Of a stretch of 64,000 nucleotides of DNA, positions 45,892-56,630 are shown piece by piece. Under the pieces are notes generated by a model, which saw only the letters and a program-made list of their open reading frames with translations, did no database searches and was not told the origin of the DNA. The stretch is taken from NCBI RefSeq assembly GCF_056746865.1, contig NZ_CM163382.1. One strand, given 5' to 3'. The position numbers were made by a program, and so were the translations under genes. How positions within the stretch are numbered: the stretch's first letter is position 1; each line of letters begins with the position of its first letter.

Positions 45892-47477
45892 TCCTTCACC
45901 CCACCAAACGCTTCTTCCAGCAACTGACGCTGCAAATCGGCCTCATCGCTCGCCCCCAGTTCACGCATCAGCGCATCCAGTTCAGACAGCGCCTGTACCA
46001 GTTCGCCCATCGCTTCTGCCGCTAATACATCCGGCTCCGGCAGGCTGTCGGCATCAATACTGTCTTTATCTTTCAGCCAGGAGATATCCAGCGAATCGGA
46101 TTTTGCGGTGCGGATCCACTCACGGCTGAACTTGCGCCAGCGGCTGGTAGCAAGATGCTGGTCGGTGTTTTTGTTCTCTTCGCTGTCGGCAACTTCCGTC
46201 TCTTCGGCGTTAAAACTCCATTCACCTTCAGTGCGCGGGCTTAAACCGTGCGGGTCTTCGCCATACACGCGCTCAAACGGCTGCAAATGCTCGTCGGTAA
46301 ACGGTGTGCGCTTGCCGAAACTCGGCATATTGGTACGCAGGTCATACACCCACACGTCGTCGGTGCAGTTCTTATCCTGATGCGGGTTCGCCACTGTGCC
46401 TTTGGTAAAGAACAGCACGTTGGTCTTCACGCCCTGCGCGTAAAAAATACCGGTCGGCAGACGCAGAATGGTGTGCAGATGACACTTATCCATCAGGTCA
46501 CGACGGATGTCGGTGCCTTTGCCGCCTTCAAACAACACGTTATCTGGCACCACCACCGCCGCACGACCGCCGGGATGCAGCGTTTCGATAATATGCTGCA
46601 TAAAGCACAGCTGTTTGTTGCTGGTCGGGTGAACAAAGGTGCGGGTAATGTTGGTGCCTGCGGCGCTGCCAAACGGCGGGTTAGTGGCGACAATATGCGC
46701 CTTCGGCAGGTTTTCACCGTCGCTGCCCAGGGTGTTGCCCAGACGGATTGCGCCGCCGTGGTCGAGGTTGCCTTCAATATCGTGCAGCAGGCAGTTCATC
46801 AGTGCCAGACGACGGGTGCCGGGCACCAGTTCGAGGCCGATAAACGCGCGGTGGATCTGGAAATCCTGCGTGTCGCCATCAAGGTCGTCCAGATCATTGG
46901 TTTGCGACTTAACATAGCGGTCGGCTTCAATCAAAAAGCCCGCCGTACCTGCCGCCGGGTCCTGCACCACTTCACGCGGCTGCGGTTTCAGCAGATGAAT
47001 AATGGTTTTAATCAGCGGACGCGGGGTGAAGTACTGGCCTGCACCAGACTTGGTTTCATTCGCGTTCTTCTGCAACAGCCCTTCGTACATATCGCCGAAG
47101 TCATCGCGCGACTTACCGTGCGCGCCGTTGTACCAGTCCAGCGAATCCATATTGCTGACCAGTGCGGTTATTTGTTTCGGCTCGGTGATGGTGGTACTAA
47201 CATTATGAAAAACTGCCTGTACCAGCTTTTTGTCATCTTCGCCTAAATGCACGAGCATTTTTCGGTAGAACTGCAACTGCTCCTGGCCGATGCGGGATTT
47301 CAGGTCATCCCAGCGGTAACCTTCCGGCAGGTATTCCGCTTCCTGACCGGTCTCTTTACACATTTTCAAAAACAGCAGCGAGGCGAGTTCATTGACGTAG
47401 TTTTGATAGGAAACGCCGCCATCGCGCAGGTTGTCGCACAGCTTCCACAGCTTCGCGACCAGATCGTTATTGTTCAT
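45888..47477 (-). CDS. hsdM: Type I restriction-modification N6-adenine DNA methyltransferase HsdM
   Basis: 529-aa protein with N-terminal HsdM domain and methyltransferase motif (ATNPPFGSAAG, the NPPF catalytic motif). Confidence 0.92.
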   Translation of the reverse strand: MNNNDLVAKLWKLCDNLRDGGVSYQNYVNELASLLFLKMCKETGQEAEYLPEGYRWDDLKSRIGQEQLQFYRKMLVHLGEDDKKLVQAVFHNVSTTITEPKQITALVSNMDSLDWYNGAHGKSRDDFGDMYEGLLQKNANETKSGAGQYFTPRPLIKTIIHLLKPQPREVVQDPAAGTAGFLIEADRYVKSQTNDLDDLDGDTQDFQIHRAFIGLELVPGTRRLALMNCLLHDIEGNLDHGGAIRLGNTLGSDGENLPKAHIVATNPPFGSAAGTNITRTFVHPTSNKQLCFMQHIIETLHPGGRAAVVVPDNVLFEGGKGTDIRRDLMDKCHLHTILRLPTGIFYAQGVKTNVLFFTKGTVANPHQDKNCTDDVWVYDLRTNMPSFGKRTPFTDEHLQPFERVYGEDPHGLSPRTEGEWSFNAEETEVADSEENKNTDQHLATSRWRKFSREWIRTAKSDSLDISWLKDKDSIDADSLPEPDVLAAEAMGELVQALSELDALMRELGASDEADLQRQLLEEAFGGVKE

Positions 47478-47677
47478 TGTGAGTTCCGTAAATTAAGCAG
47501 CGGCCCAAATTCATCGAGCCGCAGAAGAAGAAATTGCCGAGGGTAATATACACAAAATCATTCAGGTTGCATCAAGGCGGCAAGTGAGTGAATCCCCGGG
47601 AGCGTACAGAAGTACGTGACCGGGGTGAACGAGCGCAGCCAACGCAGAGGCAGCCTGAAGGATGAAGTGTATACGTG

Positions 47678-50600
47678 TCAGGCCAGCTCGTCCCAGATAT
47701 AATCGCTGAATTTGCCCAGCAGGGTATCGAGATTATCGTCAAAGGTTCTTTGCAGCATCGCCTTCCCGCCGCGACGGTGGAAGTTGCCGGTTTTGAAGAC
47801 ATCGTCGTCGAGCACCACTTTCTCTTTCAGCGCCTGCGCTAAACGATCGAGCCAGCTTAATTGCTCGCTGCTCCAGTCGTTTTCGCCCTTAATGCGCGTC
47901 AGCGCGTGATCGACACGTTCCTCAAACGGTTTCAGCGCATCGCCCACCGCAGCGCGGCGAATATGACCAATCAGCCGGGCGGCGATATCTTCATTGCGCG
48001 TCTCTTTCCATGCTTTGCGCAGGGAAGATTCCTCAAAGTGCTGGCGGTCAAACCACTCCTGTAGCTCGACCAGCCCTTTACGGGTGAGATCGCGCGGGCG
48101 ATTAATAACTGCCTGCAATGCCGGTTGCGCGTTCGGGGAACGTTGCACCAGCGAGTCAAAGGCTTCGAGGAAATCCTGCGGCGTGTCGTAATCACCGTAC
48201 AGCGATTTTACACTCACCACTTCATCGTCGATATCGAGGAAGATCGGCGCATCATTCAGGTTGTTGATGTCCGTTTTCAGCTTTTCCAGACGGGCGATAA
48301 AGCCAGGCAGTTTGTTAAAGACTTCGGCGCTCCAGTGCGGCCCTTTTTCCCGCAGGCGCGAGGCGAAGCCGTTAAAGCCCACCCCCGCCGCGTCCTGGCA
48401 TAGCTCATCCAGACGACGCACCTGTTTATCTATCGTTTCGCTGCGGTCACGGTTAAACGTGGCCAGGCCGATGATGCGCTGGAGCTTCGCCACCAGTTGT
48501 TCATGGCTGTGCTCGGCAAAACTGCGGCCATCCGCTTCGGTGATTTTATAGGTTTCTGAATCGGTAATTTCGTTGACCAGCGTTTGCAGCTCCACCTTAG
48601 GACGCACCACCACCGGACGCATGGTGTCGACGCTCTCCAGCGTGCTGTATATATCGACGCAGTCGAAAATCTTAAAGCTGGTTTTATTCACGTCCGGGCA
48701 CAAGCGCGTGGCGCGGCCTTTCATCTGCTCGTACAGAATACGGCTGCGTACTTTACGCAGGAACACGATGTTACAGATCGACGGAATATCGACGCCGGTC
48801 GTCAGCAGGTCGACGGTTACCACAATATTGGGCAGCCGCTCTTTATTGAAGCGGGTGATCATGGTCTGCACTTTGCGCGCGTCTTTATCGGCATCACCGG
48901 TGATCTTGATTATCGCGTCGTGCTCCAGTTGCGGATACTTTTTCTTGAACGCGGTACGCAACTCTTCCACCACCATATCGGCATGGGCATTGGTGACGCA
49001 GAAGACCAGCGTTTTTTGCGACCCGGTCGGGTCAAGGTAGTTGGTGAGTTCGTTACAGACGGCGCGGTTAAACGCCGGGATCACCAGGCCACGGTTAAAG
49101 TCGGCGACCTCAAAATCCTGATCGTCTTCCAGGGTGTCGTTGATTACTTCCCCCTGCGGGCTGATGCGCTCTACCTGTTCGCCTTTGGAGAGATAAACAC
49201 CCTCCTGTGCGTTGCGGGTGGTGATCTGAATTGGTGGATCCTGGTCGATCAGAAAACCGTCGATAACCGCGGTACGGTAGGTATAACGGTAAACCGGCTC
49301 GCCGAAAATCTGCACCGTATGCAACGCCGGGGTGGCGGTGAGGGCGATTTTTATCGCATCGAAGTGATCGAGAATGCGACGGTAGGCAGAGACATAATCC
49401 AGCTGGCTGCGGAACTGTAGTTCGCCTTCGGTCTGCTCTTTATCGAGAATATAGCCGCGATGCGCTTCATCGACGACGATACAGTCGTAACGGGCCACCG
49501 GCATCGGTTCATCTGATTGCAGGGTGCGTTTCACCAGCGACTGTACGGTGGCAACGTGAATTTTGGTGCTGTCTTCCGGGAATTTATCCGTCAGCCCTTT
49601 AATGTCGAAAATGCTGTTGAAGGTGTCGCCGTTAATACGCGTATCTTCAAACGCCCCCAGCGCCTGCTCGCCAAGAGAACGGCGATCCACAAGGAAGAGA
49701 ATGCGTTTAAAACGCTGGGACTGGATCAGGCGGAACATCATGGCAATTGCGGTGCGGGTTTTACCGGTACCGGTCGCCATCGCCAGCAGGATCTCTTGTT
49801 GACCCTTGACGATTGCCTTTTCCACCGCGCGGACGGCATCTTCCTGATAATAACGCAGGCCCAGCTCGCTCATGCCGGGATTATCGGCAAACCACTGATT
49901 CTGTTTTTGCGGTTCGCTGCCGAGCATTTCCAGCAGCTCTTCCGGGCGATGCCACTCGGGTAAGGCTTTCGACATATTGCGGGTATCACGCACGTCGCGA
50001 TACCAGATGCCACTTTTAGTCTTCATTGCTGCGCGGTATTCGCGCCCGTTGGTGGAGTAGCAGAAGGGGATTTTAAACCGTTGTTGGCCGCTGGAGTCCT
50101 GCCAGCTAGTTTCATACTCCGGCACCGCTTCATGCACTTCATCCGGTGAGTAGTGCTCAAGCAAGGTTTCCCGCAGGAAGCCATTATCGAAGCATTTACT
50201 GTAGCGATACGACTCATTGAGCTTGCCGGGAACGTCGATATTTTTACGTTTCGCCTCTACCACCGCGATGGGTTTGAGGCCGACAAACAGCACATAATCC
50301 GCAAAGCCCTGTTTACCCGTTTCATCTTTCCCGGTCGGCCATTCGGCAATGGCTTTATTGACGCCGGGTTCCGGGCGCGCGCCTTTGGAGAAGCGCAGGG
50401 TTTTGCTATCGGCCTGCCAGCCTGCTTTACGCAGTTGCGCATCAATCAGGAAGCGGCTCTCTTCTTCGCTAAGGTTGAGTGTGCGCTTGATGGCCTGATC
50501 GGTAATTTCTTTGTGGTAAGCCTTACGTTCCTGTTCAGTCTGTTTGGCCAGTTCCGCGTTCTTCTCGGCGAGCTGTGCTTCCAGCGCCGCAAGGCGAGCC

Positions 50601-51190
50601 TGGGTTTGCGCTTCTGTTTCCTGCTGTTTGCCTTCCAGAATAGCGATATAGCCGTTCAGGGCAACCAGCTTCTGCTGTTGCGCTTCGACTTCTGCCTGAG
50701 TCTGCGCTTTTTCTCGCACCTGCTGTTCAAGCTGTTGTTTTAGCGTCAGCACTTCCTGGTGATAGAGGTTCTCGCCACGTTCTGGTAACACAAACACCGG
50801 CACCGGGAAGTCATAATCTTTAGTGACCAGACGGTAGTACCAGACAGCCAGGCGGAACCCGAGTCGCAGGCACATCTGGGCATCGTCGAGATCGTTGTGA
50901 TATTCGTGCACCGCCTGGTTACCAATGCGGCGTAATTTGTGAAATACAGAGAGAATGTTGTCATCAACGAAGGCGATTTTGCCGAGTTCGCGCAGGAGAT
51001 CGTGTTGATTCTCACAAGGGGGGATGTTGAGTAACAGACCAAGATGTTTCGCTGTGGCTTCGCCAAACATACGCATTTTAATTAGCGTCGTGTTGGGATC
51101 ATCCGGGTAGTTATTTTCCGCCGCACAGGCGATGGCATAAGTGAAGTCGTTGACGCCCTTCAGGAATTCGAAGTTGGATTTATTCATCAT
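47678..51190 (-). CDS. hsdR: Type I restriction enzyme endonuclease/translocase subunit HsdR
   Basis: 1170 aa; SF2 helicase motifs (AMATGTGKT Walker A, DEAH-type VVDEAHRG) and an N-terminal nuclease region. Confidence 0.92.
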   Translation of the reverse strand: MMNKSNFEFLKGVNDFTYAIACAAENNYPDDPNTTLIKMRMFGEATAKHLGLLLNIPPCENQHDLLRELGKIAFVDDNILSVFHKLRRIGNQAVHEYHNDLDDAQMCLRLGFRLAVWYYRLVTKDYDFPVPVFVLPERGENLYHQEVLTLKQQLEQQVREKAQTQAEVEAQQQKLVALNGYIAILEGKQQETEAQTQARLAALEAQLAEKNAELAKQTEQERKAYHKEITDQAIKRTLNLSEEESRFLIDAQLRKAGWQADSKTLRFSKGARPEPGVNKAIAEWPTGKDETGKQGFADYVLFVGLKPIAVVEAKRKNIDVPGKLNESYRYSKCFDNGFLRETLLEHYSPDEVHEAVPEYETSWQDSSGQQRFKIPFCYSTNGREYRAAMKTKSGIWYRDVRDTRNMSKALPEWHRPEELLEMLGSEPQKQNQWFADNPGMSELGLRYYQEDAVRAVEKAIVKGQQEILLAMATGTGKTRTAIAMMFRLIQSQRFKRILFLVDRRSLGEQALGAFEDTRINGDTFNSIFDIKGLTDKFPEDSTKIHVATVQSLVKRTLQSDEPMPVARYDCIVVDEAHRGYILDKEQTEGELQFRSQLDYVSAYRRILDHFDAIKIALTATPALHTVQIFGEPVYRYTYRTAVIDGFLIDQDPPIQITTRNAQEGVYLSKGEQVERISPQGEVINDTLEDDQDFEVADFNRGLVIPAFNRAVCNELTNYLDPTGSQKTLVFCVTNAHADMVVEELRTAFKKKYPQLEHDAIIKITGDADKDARKVQTMITRFNKERLPNIVVTVDLLTTGVDIPSICNIVFLRKVRSRILYEQMKGRATRLCPDVNKTSFKIFDCVDIYSTLESVDTMRPVVVRPKVELQTLVNEITDSETYKITEADGRSFAEHSHEQLVAKLQRIIGLATFNRDRSETIDKQVRRLDELCQDAAGVGFNGFASRLREKGPHWSAEVFNKLPGFIARLEKLKTDINNLNDAPIFLDIDDEVVSVKSLYGDYDTPQDFLEAFDSLVQRSPNAQPALQAVINRPRDLTRKGLVELQEWFDRQHFEESSLRKAWKETRNEDIAARLIGHIRRAAVGDALKPFEERVDHALTRIKGENDWSSEQLSWLDRLAQALKEKVVLDDDVFKTGNFHRRGGKAMLQRTFDDNLDTLLGKFSDYIWDELA

Positions 51191-51377
51191 TGTTATTAAT
51201 CCATTGCTGTGTGGGCCTGTCCAAATATTTAAGGCCCATAACGTCTTATCTTAGCTTTCTGTACCTTTCCGGACAATGACCGGAGTCACAGCAACTGACT
51301 CATTTCTAACGTGTTCGTCTATTTTGGTAGTGTTATAGTAGCCGAAAAACATCTACCTGATTCTGCAAGGATGTACT

Positions 51378-52292
51378 ATGACGGTTCCTACCTATGACAA
51401 ATTTATTGAACCTGTTCTGCGTTATCTGGCGACAAAACCGGAAGGTGCAGCCGCGCGTGATGTTCATGAGGCTGCCGCGGATGCATTAGGACTGGATGAC
51501 AGCCAGCGAGCGAAAGTCATTACCAGCGGACAACTTGTTTATAAAAATCGTGCAGGCTGGGCACATGACCGTTTAAAACGTGCCGGGTTGTCGCAAAGTT
51601 TGTCGCGTGGCAAATGGTGCCTGACTCCTGCGGGTTTTGACTGGGTTGCGTCTCATCCCCAGCCAATGACGGAGCAGGAGACGAACCATCTGGCCTTCGA
51701 TTTTGTGAATGTCAAACTTAAGTCACGGCCGGATGCCGTCGATTTAGATCCGAAAGCCGACTCTCCCGATCATGAAGAACTAGCAAAGAGCAGCCCGGAC
51801 GATCGGTTAGATCAGGCGCTAAAAGAGCTTCGTGATGCGGTGGCTGATGAGGTTCTGGAAAACTTATTGCAGGTTTCTCCTTCGCGCTTTGAAGTCATTG
51901 TTCTGGATGTTTTGCATCGCCTGGGGTATGGCGGCCACCGTGATGATTTGCAGCGTGTTGGCGGTACTGGAGATGGTGGCATCGATGGTGTGATATCGCT
52001 TGATAAACTTGGCCTGGAGAAAGTTTATGTTCAGGCAAAACGTTGGCAGAACACTGTAGGCAGGCCAGAATTACAGGCATTTTACGGCGCACTGGCTGGG
52101 CAAAAGGCGAAACGTGGGGTGTTTATTACCACTTCTGGATTTACGTCTCAGGCGCGTGACTTTGCTCAATCCGTCGAGGGTATGGTGTTGGTTGATGGGG
52201 AACGCCTGGTGCACTTAATGATCGAAAACGAAGTAGGGGTTTCTTCACGTTTGTTGAAGGTGCCGAAACTGGATATGGACTATTTTGAGTGA
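51378..52292 (+). CDS. mrr: Modification-dependent (type IV) restriction endonuclease Mrr
   Basis: 304 aa; N-terminal winged-helix and C-terminal Mrr-cat PD-(D/E)XK region (...VYVQAKRW...); divergent from hsdR. Confidence 0.88.
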   Translation: MTVPTYDKFIEPVLRYLATKPEGAAARDVHEAAADALGLDDSQRAKVITSGQLVYKNRAGWAHDRLKRAGLSQSLSRGKWCLTPAGFDWVASHPQPMTEQETNHLAFDFVNVKLKSRPDAVDLDPKADSPDHEELAKSSPDDRLDQALKELRDAVADEVLENLLQVSPSRFEVIVLDVLHRLGYGGHRDDLQRVGGTGDGGIDGVISLDKLGLEKVYVQAKRWQNTVGRPELQAFYGALAGQKAKRGVFITTSGFTSQARDFAQSVEGMVLVDGERLVHLMIENEVGVSSRLLKVPKLDMDYFE

Positions 52293-52295
52293 AAT

Positions 52296-52340
52296 ATCAG
52301 GCCGGATGCGGCTGCGCCTTATCCGGCCCATAACCCCTTA
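52296..52340. repeat. REP element
   Basis: GGCCGGATGCGGCTGCGCCTTATCCGGCCCATAA REP-type palindrome between mrr and yjiA. Confidence 0.55.
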
Positions 52341-53294
52341 CTTCCTCAACCCCGCAAACGCCGCCCGAATCTCATCCTCCGGCAACTGAATCCCGATAAA
52401 CACCATCGTGCTATGCGGTTTTTCATCGCCCCACGGTCTGTCCCAGTCGGCGCTGTAGAGGCGCTGGACGCCCTGGAACAGCAGGCGGTTAGCTTCGCCG
52501 TCAATCCACAGCATCCCTTTGTAACGCAGCAGTTTATCCGCCGATTCCAGCAGCAGGTTTTCCATCACGCGGGAAACTTCGCTGATATCTACCGGGTAAT
52601 CCAGTTCCACCACAATCGACGAAATATCGTTTTGTTTATCCGCGATAAAGTGGAAACGCGGTTTGGTGCTGACGACGTTCTCTTCCAGCATAAAACCGTT
52701 GGTGTTGAACAGCAGGCCCAGGTCGATGTCGCCGTGGGTAACGGTGTAGACCGGTGCACGGGCGTTGATGCGCGCCAGGCGTTCGCGCAGTTTTTCTGCT
52801 TCGCCTGCGACGTCGGTTTTAGTCAGCAGAATACGGTCGGCGTAGCCAACCTGTGACTGGGCGATGGTGAACTGGTTCATCTGCTCATCGGCATGTACCG
52901 CATCCACCAGCGCAATCACGCCGTCCAGCAGGTAACGCTGGCATAAAATCTCATGGGAGAAAAAGGTCTGAATAATCGGGCCGGGATCGGCCATGCCGGT
53001 GCATTCAATGACCAGACGGTCGAACTGAATATTGCCCTTGTCGAGATTATCCAGCAGGTCGAGTAGCGCGTCCTCCAGCTCGTTGGAGCGCGAACAGCAG
53101 ATGCAGCCGTTGGTCAGCGTTTTGATCTGCGTGGCGCGGTCACCAATCAGTTGATCATCAACGGAGACTTCGCCGAATTCGTTTTCAATCACGGCAATCT
53201 TGTAGCCGTGTTGTTCGTTAAGAATATGGCGCAGCAGGGTGGTTTTGCCCGCGCCTAAAAAACCGGTGAGTAGGGTAACTGCAATCGGGTTCAT
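52338..53294 (-). CDS. yjiA: COG0523-family metal-chaperone GTPase YjiA
   Basis: 318 aa from MNPIAVTLLTGFLGAGKTTLL (P-loop) with a CxCC-type metal-binding motif (GCICCS); the track ORF is extended 28 codons upstream. Confidence 0.88.
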   Translation of the reverse strand: MNPIAVTLLTGFLGAGKTTLLRHILNEQHGYKIAVIENEFGEVSVDDQLIGDRATQIKTLTNGCICCSRSNELEDALLDLLDNLDKGNIQFDRLVIECTGMADPGPIIQTFFSHEILCQRYLLDGVIALVDAVHADEQMNQFTIAQSQVGYADRILLTKTDVAGEAEKLRERLARINARAPVYTVTHGDIDLGLLFNTNGFMLEENVVSTKPRFHFIADKQNDISSIVVELDYPVDISEVSRVMENLLLESADKLLRYKGMLWIDGEANRLLFQGVQRLYSADWDRPWGDEKPHSTMVFIGIQLPEDEIRAAFAGLRK

Positions 53295-53304
53295 GCTCTC
53301 TCCA

Positions 53305-53508
53305 TTAACAACAGCGCATACCGCCTTTACCATCGCCGCCGTAGCGCGCGTTCTGGCGTTCGCGGAAGAATTCTTCATAGCTCATGTACGGCTTGTCGGG
53401 ATGGTTGGTCTTCATATGCTCGACGTAGTTGTCGTAGTCTGGAATGCCAATCAACATCTTCGCCGCCTGGCCGAGATATTTTTTTGCCTGTCCTAAGTTA
53501 CCAAACAT
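53305..53508 (-). CDS. yjiX: Small DUF466-family protein YjiX (CstA/BtsT-associated)
   Basis: 67-aa ORF immediately downstream of btsT, ending in a Cys-rich tail (...[11 protein letters not shown]). Confidence 0.75.
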
Positions 53509-53557
53509 AGTTCACTCTGATAAGAACAAAGCCCCGCCGAAGCGGGGCTAAACACGG

Positions 53558-55708
53558 TTAGTGGTGCGAAGAGATCTTCACGCCGCCTTCCGGGATTGGA
53601 ACGTACGGTGTTTCTTTGTCAGTACGTTTGTCGCTGTTACGCACCTTCAGCCAGGTTTTGAAACCGTAGAAGATGATGCTGTACACCACAATCAGGAACA
53701 GAATACTCAGGCCCGCGTTGGTGTAGTTGTTCACAACAATGTGGTTCATGTTGGCAATCTGCTGCGCCGTCAGGTCAGTACCGTTAGCAATCTTCTCTTT
53801 GTACTGGCTTGCCATGTAGAAGAAGCCTTCCATCTGTGGGTTGGTGCTGAACAGTTTCAGACCCAGTGCCCAGGTGGTGCAGATAAGCAGCCATACAGCC
53901 GGAACAACGGTAACCCAGATGTATTGGGTGCGCTTCATCTTAATCAGCACAACGGTGCCCAGTACCAGCGCCACGGCTGCCAGCATCTGGTTGGAGATAC
54001 CGAACAGCGGCCACAGGCTCTTAACGCCGCCCAGCGGATCGACCACGCCCTGATACAGCAGGTAGCCCCACAGACCCACACAGCCCGCAGTACCGATGAT
54101 ACCGGCAACCAGAGAGTCGGTTTTTTTCAGGAACGGGATGAAGTTACCCAGCAGGTCTTGCAGCATAAAGCGGCCAGAACGGGTACCCGCATCCAGCGCG
54201 GTCAGGATGAACAGGGCTTCGAACAGAATACCGAAGTGATACCAGAAGCCCATGTCAGCCATCGGCAGCACTTTGTGGAACACATGAGCGATACCTACCG
54301 CCAGCGTCGGCGCACCACCTGCACGGTTCAGGACAGAAGGCTCACCAATGTCTTTCGCGGTTTGCAGGATCTGCTCTGGCGAAATCACGAAGCCCCAGGA
54401 GCTGACGGTTGCCGCCGCGTGTGCGGTAACGTCTTTCAGCTGCGCCATGATGATCGGCGCGTTCTCGCCACCCATTTCATGCAGGTTAGGCATGGTGATG
54501 CCAAGGCCAGCAGGCGGGGTATTCATCGCGAAGTAAAGACCCGGTTCGATGATGGACGCAGCAACCAGCGCCATAATCGCCACGAAGGACTCCATCAGCA
54601 TTGCGCCGTAGCCAATGAAACGCGCGTCGGTTTCATTAGCCAGCAGTTTCGGCGTCGTACCGGAAGAGATCAGCGCGTGGAAGCCAGATACCGCACCACA
54701 GGCGATGGTGATGAACAGGAACGGGAACAGAGCGCCTTTCCACAGCGGGCCAGTACCGTCAATGTACTGGGTCATCGCAGGCATTTTCAGTTCCGGGTTC
54801 AGCACCACGATACCCAGCGCCAGGCCGACGATAACGCCGATTTTCAGGAAGGTTGCCAGATAGTCGCGCGGTGCGAGGATCAGCCACACCGGCAGCAGTG
54901 CGGAAACAAACGCATAGCCAATCAGCGCGAAGGTAATGGTGGTGTCTTTAAAGGTCAGTGCCGGACCCCAGTACGGATCGTGAGCAATCACGCCACCGAA
55001 GTAGATAGAGGCAACCAGCAGCACGATACCAATGACAGAGACTTCACCCACACGCCCCGGACGGATAAAGCGCATGTAGATACCCATAAACAGCGCAATC
55101 GGTACGGTTGAGCAAACGGTGAAAACACCCCACGGGCTTTCGGCCAGGGCTTTAACCACAATCAGCGCCAGGACGGCAAGGATGATGATCATGATTAAGA
55201 AACAGCCAAACAGCGCGATAGTCCCCGGTACTGGTCCCATCTCTTCTTTGATCATCTCACCGAGAGATGCGCCGTTACGGCGAGAGGAGATAAACAGCAC
55301 CATAAAGTCCTGTACCGCACCGGCCAGTACTACCCCCGCCAGCAGCCACAGCGTGCCAGGTAGGTAGCCCATCTGCGCGGCGAGAACCGGACCAACCAGC
55401 GGACCAGCACCGGCGATAGCGGCGAAGTGGTGACCAAACAACACGTAACGGTTGGTCGGAACGTAGTTCAGACCGTCGTTGTTAATAACCGCAGGCGTCG
55501 CGCGCGTGGGGTCGAGTTTCATCACCTTCTGGGCGATGTACAAACTGTAGTAGCGATACGCCACCAGATACACCGACACAGAGGCGACCACGATCCACAG
55601 GGCGCTGACGTGCTCCCCCCGACGTAATGCAACTACCGCGAGGCAGAATGCACCGATGATTCCGAGAATCACCCAGGGTATGTGCTTGAATAGTTTTTTC
55701 GTATCCAT
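53558..55708 (-). CDS. btsT: CstA-family pyruvate:H+ symporter BtsT (YjiY)
   Basis: 716 aa from MDTKKLFKHIPWVILGIIGAF; large polytopic CstA-family membrane protein. Confidence 0.88.
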   Translation of the reverse strand: MDTKKLFKHIPWVILGIIGAFCLAVVALRRGEHVSALWIVVASVSVYLVAYRYYSLYIAQKVMKLDPTRATPAVINNDGLNYVPTNRYVLFGHHFAAIAGAGPLVGPVLAAQMGYLPGTLWLLAGVVLAGAVQDFMVLFISSRRNGASLGEMIKEEMGPVPGTIALFGCFLIMIIILAVLALIVVKALAESPWGVFTVCSTVPIALFMGIYMRFIRPGRVGEVSVIGIVLLVASIYFGGVIAHDPYWGPALTFKDTTITFALIGYAFVSALLPVWLILAPRDYLATFLKIGVIVGLALGIVVLNPELKMPAMTQYIDGTGPLWKGALFPFLFITIACGAVSGFHALISSGTTPKLLANETDARFIGYGAMLMESFVAIMALVAASIIEPGLYFAMNTPPAGLGITMPNLHEMGGENAPIIMAQLKDVTAHAAATVSSWGFVISPEQILQTAKDIGEPSVLNRAGGAPTLAVGIAHVFHKVLPMADMGFWYHFGILFEALFILTALDAGTRSGRFMLQDLLGNFIPFLKKTDSLVAGIIGTAGCVGLWGYLLYQGVVDPLGGVKSLWPLFGISNQMLAAVALVLGTVVLIKMKRTQYIWVTVVPAVWLLICTTWALGLKLFSTNPQMEGFFYMASQYKEKIANGTDLTAQQIANMNHIVVNNYTNAGLSILFLIVVYSIIFYGFKTWLKVRNSDKRTDKETPYVPIPEGGVKISSHH

Positions 55709-56100
55709 AGTAAAACCTGGCATTTTACTCGTCGTCTTTTGGCTTACAGGTGCGGCAGCTGCGTTCGTTCACCTCTGACACTTACTGTTGTAAGCTCCCG
55801 GGGATTCACTCACTTGCTGCCTTCCTGCAAACCAAAATCCATAGAGTAATTTGTTAATCATAGGCCGAAGCCGTTCTAGGTTTGCGTTGCGTTTGAGGAG
55901 GTAAATTGACCGCTATCCTGCAGTGATGTTGCCAGAGATACGCGCGCGTAAAGTAAGGTAAATAACTGAGTGGTTATTTTAGGGATGTAAGCGGTCAGGA
56001 ATGGCGGTGAGCGGTTGGGCAAGAATTATTCATCGGGTGGATATGTGATTGAGATCACAATAAAAATGCCCCTTCGACGAATGCGTGAAGGGGCTGGAGC

Positions 56101-56613
56101 TTAAATCGCAGCTTCCATTTCCAGCATCACCGGATGGAAACGGCGTTTAAAGTAGATAAGTCCGTGACCTTCTGCACTGAGGATGATGTTTTTAATCTCC
56201 ACCAGATACACCAGATGTGTGCCAATTGCCTGCACATCGCGGATCTCACCTTCAAGACTGGCCAGCGAACCTTTTAGCACCGGCTGCGCCAGCGGACCTT
56301 TTTGCCAGCATGAGAGGCTAAAACGCTCTTCCATCGCCATGCCTGTCATGCCCGCGAAGTGGCGTGCCATCAGTTCCTGCTCATGGTTGAGGACGTTGAC
56401 GCACAACTTGCCGTTGCCCTGAAAAACCGGGTTCATCGCACTGTTGGCGTTAATGCACACCATCAGCGACGGTGGTGTATCCGTGACCGAGCAGACAGCC
56501 GTTGCCGTAATCCCGCATTGTCCGGTGTCGCCCTCGGTGGTGATAATATTTACCGCTGCCGACAGGCTGGCCATCGCGTCACGAAAGCGCAGGCGTTGTT
56601 CATCTAATTGCAT
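56101..56613 (-). CDS. hpaC: 4-hydroxyphenylacetate 3-monooxygenase, flavin:NADH reductase component HpaC
   Basis: 170-aa flavin-reductase-family protein directly downstream of hpaB. Confidence 0.88.
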   Translation of the reverse strand: MQLDEQRLRFRDAMASLSAAVNIITTEGDTGQCGITATAVCSVTDTPPSLMVCINANSAMNPVFQGNGKLCVNVLNHEQELMARHFAGMTGMAMEERFSLSCWQKGPLAQPVLKGSLASLEGEIRDVQAIGTHLVYLVEIKNIILSAEGHGLIYFKRRFHPVMLEMEAAI

Positions 56614-56630
56614 CTTAACCTCCTGCTGCG

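Noticed and set aside
46248-47246. 332-aa ORF on the plus strand
   Set aside because: Antisense within hsdM; low-complexity Arg/Ala/Val-rich translation typical of a reverse-frame artefact.
48584-49420. 278-aa plus-strand ORF, and neighbouring plus-strand ORFs at 48125-50743
   Set aside because: All lie antisense within hsdR, a well-supported 1170-aa gene.
53561-55111. 516-aa ORF on the plus strand
   Set aside because: Antisense to btsT; Arg/His/Gln-rich composition with no motif; shadow ORF.
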